A stretch of DNA of 52,429 nucleotides, counting the filler, from Sphacelaria rigidula (taxonomy: Eukaryota), in NCBI GenBank assembly GCA_964200075.2. It is 4 parts of 4 records of this genome, joined end to end, with 100 filler letters (N's around TTAATTAATTAA, not from the genome) between each part and the next. Parts side by side here need not be neighbours in the genome. Positions count along the whole stretch, not along the records: positions 1 to 13,036 come from CAXNAA020003216.1; 3 more parts are not named here. One strand, written 5' to 3'. Numbering within the stretch: the stretch's first letter is position 1; every line of letters starts with the position of its first letter. This document shows positions 1 through 10,500 of the stretch, one piece after another. The notes under the pieces were generated by a model. It searched no databases. It worked only from the letters and a program-made list of their open reading frames with translations, and was not told where the DNA came from. Made by a program: the position numbers and the translations under genes.

Positions 1-122
1 CGTCTCGAAAGGGATGCGTTGTCAACGGTCAAATGACTAAGGCAAGCAACAAATGAGTACGCCCCCCCCCAACCAACGACTTTCGAAACAAGGTCACCAA
101 AGTCACGCAAACCACCACTTGC

Positions 123-3100
123 CTGGGACAGCCTCGAGACCATATCTGGAATACTCCACACCATCTCCCCAAGTACAGAATCCTGCCGCAACTCCCCGTC
201 CACGGTTAACGATATTTTTCGTTTTGCGAGCGGCACAAATTCTGGCGGCTCCGCCAGCTGCCCCAACTCCCCTCCGATCCTCCACTGCCTCCTAGCTTCC
301 ATGATATTCTCCTTTTGATCCCTCTCCGTAAACGCCGCTTTCCGTATTGGTATGAGTGCCCCCACTGGCCCCGAGCAGTCGAATCCCTTGCTACAGTCCC
401 ACGGTCGCCCCAGCTCCTTGGCTTCTCGCTGCAAATCTCTGCGAGTGAGGTCGACGCCCACACCCACACCAAAGACGCATCTCAGCGCTGATTCCACAGG
501 AATACTTCGGCCACCTGCAGGTGTGTGTGTGTGTGTGTGTGTTTGTACGATCGTGATGATCACGAAACGCATGGAATAGGCAGTCCACGTCTTGCTCTGA
601 CCTAACGATCGCAACTTCCCTACGAGGACAAAGAGCAATCACATCAAAATCGTCATACTCATTTTCCGTATTGAACGGACCAACCCCCCCACCCCACCCT
701 ACTCCCCCCGGTTAAGAAAATATTGATTATCCGCCCCACCGATCCCCTGATGACAAACAAAATACGAACAGGACTGCGCACCTTTCCCCAGTGCGACCAC
801 AAGCTCGACCTCGTGCTGCAGATCAGCCGTCTGTTGGGGGTACGGGATTTTCACCGCCGGCCGGGACGCGTCCACTATTGCGTCTGCTGGTTTCGTGAAG
901 AAAAACGGCGGGCTCTTATCCGGGTCGCTTCCCATCTCTACAGCATGCTCCCTGCGTGCGGTCCACGACGTCGTGGCGATAGAGGAACCGGCCGTACTTG
1001 AGGGTCTGTCATCGATGAATCTTACTCCCACTCGGTCGCCAATTTCATCGTGTCCTCTTCCTTTTTTCTCGGATGCACGCTGAGAAGGGCCGCGGTCTAC
1101 GAAAACTTTTGGGTTGGATTAGCAAAGAGCGAATCCACGTATCTAGCGGTAAAATTGAAGTGTGATTGGTTTCGCTCTTTACATCTTGTTTTTGAGGAAG
1201 GAAACCATTGATCTTTGCTGAGGTAGGTCGGTTGTTGATTCGTTGTTTGATTGGTTTGTTGGTTGTTCCATATTTACCATTATATTCATTTTTTTCTCCT
1301 TCTTTTTCGCTCTTCTTCAATTATATAGTAGCGACCCGTCTTATACTTGATGCGAGTACTCGTTGGAGGGTCCACATCCACAGAGGCTGTCCTGTCAAGT
1401 AGTACCAGAGTACAATATATGAAAAAGAGACCTGATGCAATGGGCCCGACTGGCGTATGTAGCTTACAATCCTGATGAAATCTGCTCGTCCCGATATCGA
1501 ACTGAAACAACGCAAACACTGCATCAAGCGGGCCAACTGGGGGCAGTATCGACTATGCTTCTTGGCCTACTGCTAATGCTCTCGTGCTCGTTTGTTTGTG
1601 TCGTATGCACAGGGCTATATAGGCTACCACGGGCTCGTTCAAGGCTCAATATCGATAGGCGAACCCTCCATCGGCAGATCTGTACTATTTGAGGATGTTC
1701 TCTCCAGGAGGTGGTAATCACTTGTGCCTCGTGTGCAGAGTGATGGTGGTGTGTACATGGTGCGGTGCGCCCTTGGGTGCGTACATCATACATGTATGGA
1801 GGTGGCCGGGCGACCCCGATGGGCGAATAGACGGTTGTGCGTGAGACTAAACATTACTGGGGACCGAACAAGTGTATGGGCACGATAACACGAATCTCAA
1901 CCAAACAACGGTATCGAAGGTGGCTTTTGTGACAAGTATGCAGCACTGCTGACGCACGCCCATCGCCTCTGTTCGTTGGGTGATTCCGATCGCGTTCTCG
2001 ACAGTGAGCGAACTGCCGAGAATCGTTCCAATGTGCTGAATCTTGGGCGAAAATGTTGGAGGATGTTCTTCATGCCCTCTCTTCGGTACGCTTCATACCG
2101 AACCATCTGCACAAAATCGGACGGCCGATGTGACCACCTGTCCCCCGAACCACACACAAGTGCTACGGTACTGTATTTCCACAGTATCACCATTTCGATG
2201 CCGAGAGCTCACGGGCTCGCTGACGCGTGTTGAGGAATCGGTAGTATGCCTGTTTGTGTTATCCTTGACGCGGCCGTGCGCAAAACACGCCTCATACAAT
2301 ACCCTGGCGACAACGGCATGCGCATGTCTGTAATTCTTTCCCTACCGACAAGCAACGTTGATGTTTGCATGTATGGCTACGTTAGAAGGTATTGCCAAGA
2401 AACAATTCTGCCTGAACGCAGCGAAAATACTGTCCGCTCATTTTGGTTGTACCACCTACGATCCGTTACGTGGTTACATCGCACCTCACATATTCCAACA
2501 CCTCCCACGCAGTTGGCAACATCTACATCCACGCACCAGCTGCAGAGACGAATCAAGTTGCTCTGTGCAGCTAAGAAGCATGCCTACCAATCCTGTAGGC
2601 TCTGACTGCACAAATCCTCGCCATAGTTGGGAATACCGATGTGAAATGTCAGTCATGTATTGCACATATCGCACTGTAGCTAGGGATGATTGGTATAATA
2701 TTGGCCTTGAATGATGGGTAATAGCTAGCGGTACCTGTCTGTAGAGGTCCAGCGTGCTGACATTCGTGCAGTGTCAGTGATCTTTGATCGCGCGTCCGAC
2801 GGACATATTGGAAAATGACTCATTTGTTTGAATAAATGTAAACATCTGTCCGAGCTGCTGTGGGAGGGGCATTCATCACTGGTTTGCCCGCTATAATGGG
2901 TGGAATCGAGCCAAACTTGATTGAGTACATAACATCGGAGACATACTATAGCGCAGTATCAGCAGCATTGTGATTGTGTGCTCTGTCCACTTTTTTTACT
3001 TGTCGCATCTTGTTTTCGGGGTGGTGATGAAGAATGTGATACTGAATCAGGCGGGACACTGAGGCAGGCCTCCCCGCCCAATTGGATTGTGTATGAATCA

Positions 3101-3632
3101 AGACAGCACGTGGGCAAGATACAAGCAAGTGTGCCTGTCGTATGTCTGGGCACATCACATCTATCACAGACACCAGCATAATGAAGCATTGCCACCGGAG
3201 GTACGATACGTCAAGCCGCACACGATGCGGATATTGGGCGCAGGCAGTAAGTTCAGCACGCGCTGTATTCAATACATTCATCGCACCTGTGACTCACCTG
3301 TAATTGCTGCCCACGCAGTACACGCGCCGGACCGGGTACCGCCGGTCCGCTCCAATCACCGTTAATGTGGGCTGTCGAGGCATCACAGGCACCGACAGGG
3401 GCGCGTGCTTGTCCATATTCAACATCTGGTTTCTGAGCGATTCCGGTAACTGTCTGTACTTGTATTTGTAGTGGTAAGCGACTCCGGGCAGCTTCTTCTT
3501 CCGGTGAATGCCGCCGCGAGGGGGATTGGCGGCAGCATTCTTGGGGTTGAGGGATCTTGCCATTTCCTGCGCTTGCGCTGATAGCGGCGTTCCTTTCGTC
3601 GTCGAGGTGCAAAATGCACGGCGATATGACAT
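123..3632 (-). CDS. Fumarylacetoacetate hydrolase (FAH) family protein, FAHD1/NagK/YcgM-like; spliced, 3' end lies outside the contig
   Basis: Exons joined by hand with consistent phase: 3298-3632 (alternative ATG at 3734; ends ...[13 protein letters not shown]; donor GTGAGT), 782-951 ([24 protein letters not shown]...[13 protein letters not shown]; donor GTGCGC) and 123-514 ([52 protein letters not shown]...[31 protein letters not shown]; donor GCAAGT). Hallmark FAH motifs CVGxNY, HEVEL, DLTxRDLQ and PWxxxKGFD are present. Confidence 0.92.
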
Positions 3633-4588
3633 TGTGTCGACGATCTTTATGTGGCTACTGCAGAGCAGCGCTTGCCACTGGATATCCACCAGGTACCCTA
3701 TTGCATCACACCTACCCGGAACCGCAATGGACATAATATAATGACTATTTTAACGCGGTACTTGTTTCGGATAATCAACTTTCAAAACGTCGAAATACAC
3801 AGCACCGCTGTGTTGCTATCTGTCTGTCTGACCGTCGGTCATCATGCCCTCGTCAAGAAGCAGCAAGCGTAAATCACGCGGAGGAGAATCTTCTTCGTCG
3901 CTCGCGCAGGTATCTTTGTGCCATCCATGTGTTCTTGATAATCGTCCGATTTGGATAAATTGAAAGTCCACCGGTCTCTGGCTGGTGAAAATGTGTCGTC
4001 ACACAGATACGCGGGAATCTCGCACGTCTCCGGTAGGGCAGGGTTGTGCTGTTGCGCGCATGCAAAGCAAGCGAGAGTTACGCGTCTGATTTCCATCGCC
4101 TTGATCAAGCTTTCACATAGAACGTAGCGCCCGGTGCGGCGTGGGATGCACGGTTGACTTGCAGAGTGCATGCTATATCCTGATCTATCGAACAATAATA
4201 TCTTGTTCAAATTTCAAATTTCACAGCTCCCCCTAACAGTGGTCAACGGTTGGCGCTTCGCTGTTTGCCTTGGTGAATGAAAAGGCTCCCTCCCCCCCCG
4301 CGCCCCCTCCCCCCCCCACAGACACACTTCAACGCATCGCAGATCTCTGCTTGCTCAGGAGATAGTGAGGCATTTTCCTAAATGCATGCGTCGTGTGCAT
4401 GAAGTATCGGTGTGTGTAGATAGATGACGGAGTATAACACCCCTGGTGATGAAATATGTCAGAATCCATTTTCTTGAGAACGAAGACCCCGCAATCCCAA
4501 GGTGTCCTTTGGAAACAAAGCCTTGTCGACATTGTCATCCCAAAGACATTAATTCGCCAGCTTTCCCGTGTTTCGAAGAAAGTCGAAC

Positions 4589-7500
4589 ATGAAGAGCTCA
4601 CCTCACGTGGGTGTTACACTCAACCGCGTGCGCGTTACAGAGCTATGCATGGACGGTGCCTGTGCATTTTTGCATACTTTCGAATTTCCCATTAAGGCCT
4701 CTGCCTTTTTGCTTGCCCATTTTTTCGTGAACGGCTGATGATCCAAAGCAGCCTTCCATCCTGAGTTTTTTCGGCGCAAAGCTCGCAACTCCTTCCAGTA
4801 GAGCAGCGCCGCCCCAGGCCTGCAAGAGCGGCAGCGGAAAGAAAACGAAGAAAACTAGCAGCAGCCCCAGCACTGGGACGACTAGCCAACAAGAAAGAAC
4901 CCCTTCTTCGGACGGAAACCCACCGGTGACGGCGACCAAGCGACCGAACAAGTCGAAAAGCATTGAAGGTATTCCAGCGGTCAAGGACGTCAAAGGAGAC
5001 ACGACACACCAACTATCTGCTAGCGTGGCCGTCACTCTCGATCTAACAGGTGAGGCGAATAAATGATCGTGCGATGCTTGCGATTAACAGCCTCGGAATG
5101 GGTCTTCACTGCGCAGCGTATTGGTGGCCGGGCTACCTTTGGCAACACCCGCCGGATAACCACCACCTTATCGCTCTGGTATTTGCGTGCATCATTGATT
5201 GATTGATTGTCGCACTTCAATTTATCCACTAGGGTTCCGGTCGTGGTTGCATGATAGACGTACCCGAGATAGAACAAAACTGAAACGCGGTGTGTTGTGT
5301 TGTGTGCTGTCGTCCCATTTATTCTGGGCGCACCAGCCGGGGTCACACAGGAGGAATGTCAACACAGGAGTCTTTTCTTTTTTCTTTTGTTTATAATACT
5401 CCACCTTCCTTCTGCGGTGCTTGCCTTTCTTTTTTTATCGCGAGAGGGGTTCTGCAGTCCCTTTCCCTCGTCGACCGTACAGTCGAATTTTGGGTACCCA
5501 CAACATAGTCGCTTTCCACTGTTGTTGGGCATGAGAAAAATTCCCAGATTGCTCCAAGATTCGAACCCACGACCCAACCGTCAGAAGGTTTCGAGGTTAC
5601 AAACTGAGCCACCGGGGCGACCGGTCTTCGCTGCAGAAAAGGGAAGAAAAACAGAAAGGTACAACAGAGTAGACTACGAGAAGAAAAGAAAATGATGAAA
5701 CAAAAGACAAGAAAAATACAAATGGCCGGCCCCTCTAACATGGCATCGGTGAAAAGGGGTCTTGTGCAAAAAGCACAAATTCATACCCAATCGTGAAAAG
5801 CTAGAAGCCGTGGAGACATATTGCGGCTCATCTATTTCGACGTCACTGTGTTGGGTATGAAGCTCTCATCCATGAACCCTACGGAAGCGAGGCACCGAAC
5901 TGCTACGTGCATACACCGGGAGGAAATAACACGCACACATGAAGAGGGAGAAAAGGAAAGAAAGAGAGAGCATAGAAGGAGATTACAGACTCGAAGGACA
6001 CAGTACAGTATAGCAGGTATTTATATACTTTCCAGAACTAGGAGCGAGAGTACGGTATTTTTGCTGGGTACAATGCTCAGCATACAGTTGCATGCTTAGA
6101 CCACGCGTCTTATTCACCCTCCCCCGACATTGAAACGACGTGAACTTCGACTGCTCTGAGGTCGGCCCCACTACCCCATCACGTATTTTTCTCGTCCCCT
6201 TCGGATCCACTATGGTCTCATACAAATCACAGAAACGTACGTGGATGTGCCGGCGACCGACACTGCCGGATCAAGCAAATTCTCAGGGTCGCCCTCCCGG
6301 CAACCACGCCCGGGAGATCGAGATACACCTTGGTCTGCCGGCGACGACGCCTGCAGTGGCAATAGCTCTCTAAGCTTGGAACGGGTTGCGGCTCCAGCCC
6401 TTAGCAATGACAAAGGTTCCTCGATTACGCAGGCGACTACATCGAAGGTTGCACCAAACGGCACATGCCCTTCGCCTGTTGAAAAGCCTCAATCACAGCC
6501 TGCAACGCAGACGAACGACAGCAGGGTGTCGGCGTCGAAGAGAAAAAGGACAGGTGGAGGCTCCAATGTCGAACCTGATGCCGCGGTAAAGTGTAGCCAT
6601 GGTGCTGGTGGGCCAGCGGTCGGGCGAAGGAAGGCAACCGTATCCCCCAAGAAAGAGGGCGGGGGCATTGCGGCGCGCGAGGGATCGTTATTAAGAGAGC
6701 CTCGGCAAAGGAGGCGGAAGCAGAGAGAGGATTCGCTGTGCTGCGGTGATCAAGATATGGAGAACACACGGAAGAGGGAAGGCGAAGGAGGCAGGAGCGA
6801 TCGCGATTATCGGGATGGTGGTAGCGGCGGTAGCAGTAATGAGGATCATGGCGAGGGAGGTGACGAAGAGGAACCACATTCGGAGTGTACTGCCCAAACC
6901 GCAGAAGAAAGTTCCGAGGAAGAGAAAGAACACGGACAAGCACGCAACGCAGGGGAGAAAGGAGGCGATCTCGAGGAAATTTCAAGCGACGTGGATGGCG
7001 ACGTGGAGATACCTGAAACGATGCAAGAAATGTCGGCAGACGAAGACGAAGAAGGCGACGACGAGGCGGCAATACAAGAGTCCAACGGGATATCAGAGTA
7101 CGAGCTGCAACGCCTCGAGCGTATCCGGAAGAACCAAGCCTTCATGGCTTCCATTGGTCTTGGTGACTCGAAACCGCCACCTTCCATCGTGGCAGCGACA
7201 CCCTCTGCGGGGGTCGCCGCTGCCAGGAAGAAGAAAAGGAGCAGGCCTGTGAGCAGGGAGAAGGAGCGAGCCCCGCTGGCCCCTGTTCGGCGATCCACCC
7301 GCGCGAAGGGGGTTGAGGCTGTCAACTATGGCGAGGTACGGTCAGACTTTGTGGGATTGCCTTGGGCGATGAAAGCACAAGCGGCTGTGTTTTTGCAAAT
7401 TGCGTATGGTATCCTGGGCCATGTCCGCAGCAGAGTCGTGTATTTTCGAAGAGGGGGTTTCCGGCTGTTCACCAGACAGGTTCCTGCGTTGCACCCGCAC

Positions 7501-10500
7501 AGAGGGGGGACTATTTCTCCATTTATGTGGGGTCATTGCCTCAGTTTCTCGAGGAGATTTCCCGCCATTGATCGTCATCGCGTGCAACTACTGGCGTGGG
7601 GCTATGGGTGGAGTATCTTTATGGACTGCTGATGAAACGACGGGAAATGTATTAGCCGGGCGCGTTTTGATGGCCCCATCGAGAGACCTTCGATTGTATA
7701 AACTGGACATACCTGCGGGTGTCCTCATGTCAACTGCTACCTGCAGAGCATCGACTATCCTCTTTACGAACAGAAGACCCCATTCTACCCTGGTGGAAGC
7801 TTGCTATTCTTTCGGGCTATACCGTGCAAACCATACCTTCGCATTTATTTTACCTGCATGCTTTTTTGTTCGCGCGTAAAATTTTAAAGCACAGCCTTTC
7901 TACCTCCTCCCCGCTTTACCCCTCCGTCTTCATGTCCCCCCGCCCAGGACAAACAGACTGTAATCCCAAGCGTACCGGAGCCAGAACCCGAGCCCGAACT
8001 ACAAGAGCTTGATTTCGACGATTCAACGGTGCTTAAATATCTGTGCCACGGAAAGGGTGACGGGCCATCGGTCACTGCTGGTGCAGGATCGCAAAATTCC
8101 GCAGACAGGCACTTGCCCACTCCAATTTCCCACCCGAGTGGTCGAGGTGCACGCCAGGTCTTGGTCGGAGTTCAGTTGCTTGATCCCGATCACTCGCTGT
8201 CTGCCTCGGGGCTTCCCACTATTTACACCATGCATTTTTGCGGAGGCGGTGGCGGTGTGAGCTCCGGCGGAGGGGCACCACCGCTTCTTGCCGCCGGCGG
8301 AAAAGGCGGCGTCGTTGCCTTGTTTTCCACCCAGATCCAGGTGCATTTTTAGCATGACTATATTCACATTGACTCACGCTTTAGCTGCTCTCGTGCGTCT
8401 TGTGAACATGCCGGTACAGAACCCTAGCGTATTTCATGCCCGTGATGCGCTGGATATCGTTAGCCCCCCATTCTATCCGATAGCCTGGGTGTGCTAGGTG
8501 CCTCCGTGCCCCCCGACCCGCGACACCTAGTGAGCGGTTTGCTGGATGTAGCTATCAAGTCGTATTCCTTGCAACGGAAGTGATTTTAGCACAATAAAAC
8601 GTGTCTATCAACAGACCAGCTCGCGCAGTAGTTTTTCCCGTCATTTTTCTCCTCATTACCGTCACCTGCTGCTGTATGTCCGTCCGTTTGACGCGATTTT
8701 CAGGCAAGAACTGGAAAACAATCGGCATGCGATGATGAGGAGGACGATGAACGAACCCTCATGAACTTCAAGGCTCACAAAGGTTGGGTCTCCGCCGTCC
8801 GCTTTCTGGGCACCGGTCCTCGGGGAGCCGATGGGGCTGGGGACGCTCTGGGGGGTTGCCGCCTGCTTTCATCCGCGAATGATTCGGTGGTGAAGTTGTG
8901 GGACACTTCGAAGCAGCACAAGGGCGTACCCAGGTGCTCGGAGTACTGAGTACTGCTTACTTCGCGTGGGATCGGTTTCTCTTTCTTTATGTTACTCACG
9001 ATGTGTTAGTCTTGTCGCCATCCCCCGGTGTCTTTTGTCGACATTGTTTGTCGATGAATGAGGGCATGTGCCTTCTACTGAAAAAAGGCTCTATACAGCG
9101 CGCTGTGAACATCACATGGGGAGTGGCAAGTTGCAATACCCATCGCGGTGGAAGGAAAAAAAAGGACCCTCGCCTGTAAATAAAGCGAAGTTGTTGCCAG
9201 TGAGTGACGCGCTGAGGTTCGGATCTTCTCTTTCTTGTGCATAAGCGAGACCTAGAGGAGATATGGATAGTAAGTACAATCAGTCTGATGATGTTGCTGG
9301 GGTATACATGCACAGGCATGGTACAACGACGACGAGTCGTGGCGCTGTTGTATCGTGACGATGCCTACCGTCGATGGTGATCTTTGCTCTCGTCCCGTGA
9401 CACCAGCCCCGTCTGTGACCACGGAGCACCGTGTGTTTGTCTCTGATCTGACGAGGGTTTGCTTTTTGCTCCCATACACAGGCTTCTGTGCACGAATGCT
9501 GACCTCCACCCCACTCGGAAAGGCATCTTCGCCATGGACACGTGCGGCAATACGCTAGCCACGGGCTCGAAGGACGCGACCGTGGCTATCGCTACTCTCA
9601 CTTCAACGGGGGTGATATTCGAAAGGGCTCTTGGAGATCCCGGGGGCAGCGAGCTGTTCCACGAGAAAGTGATCAAGGGTGTGGACTTGCGAGACGAGAG
9701 TACGGTGAGGGCGATTCAGGACGTGTGATGATGATCTGCGGTCGTTTTTATTGTTTATTTTTTATTCCAAGGCTTTTCACGTGACCGGTGTGTTCGGCGT
9801 TTATTCTTCACGTGTTCATGTTCCTTGATCGGTTTGAAAAGGTCACGTGAGATTTTTACCTCTGCCATCCATCCGGGTCAAAAGATGGCCATGTGAGAGT
9901 GTTGCCTGATTCGAATATAGCCATGTGACGTTTTCCTTTTTTGCCGTCCGGTTCAAATATGGTAATGTGCGATTTGTTTTACAGAGCCAATCACGTGTAT
10001 TCCCGTACAGGCCGGGGTGGATCCGCCGATCCCGGGTTTCCATGCCAACAGCCTGTCGTCGGTGCAAAATGCGCCGTTTCGGAGAAAAAAAGTGCCGCTT
10101 CACTGGTTGTGTTACGGTTGAGGATCGTTGTGTGACGTTTGGTGGAGAGTTGTGTTCCGGTTCCGGTCGTTGAATGTCACATATCCAATGATGTATATAT
10201 GATACGACGGAATCGGGCTTGTATTTTTCCTGGTTCAGAAATGATCATGTGAAACTTACGCCCAGTTTTGATCATGGTCACGCGGGATTTCCCCTCCTGC
10301 CGTCCGCTTCAAAGACGGTCATATGAGACTTGTGCCTGATTTGAAGATGGTCATGTGAGGCTAATGCCCGGTTCAGAGATGATCCTGTTTTACTTTTTGC
10401 CTTCTGGTTCAAAGACGGTCATATGGGAGCTTGCTCTGTACATCTGGAGGAAGAGCCTTGATTAGTTTTCTCCCTGAGGGTCGTTGGGATTGTGTCTTCT

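Noticed and set aside
4720..4736. Possible AT-AC (U12) acceptor before the DDPKQPSILSFF frame
   Set aside because: No U12 donor (ATATCCT) or branch consensus is seen; an ordinary AG acceptor at 4748 or 4751 explains the frame.
5558..5622. Possible tRNA gene (also at 13445, 38150, 39950 and 49670)
   Set aside because: Only A/B-box remnants without a proper cloverleaf, embedded in repeats; these are SINE heads, not tRNA genes.
7336..7632. C-terminal ~100 aa of the 463-aa ORF
   Set aside because: Intron read-through after the GAG|GTACGG donor; the true frame resumes at 7948.
9826..10432. CRISPR-like repeat-spacer array
   Set aside because: Repeats are degenerate, spacers are short, irregular and related to each other, there are no cas genes, and the context is a eukaryotic intron.
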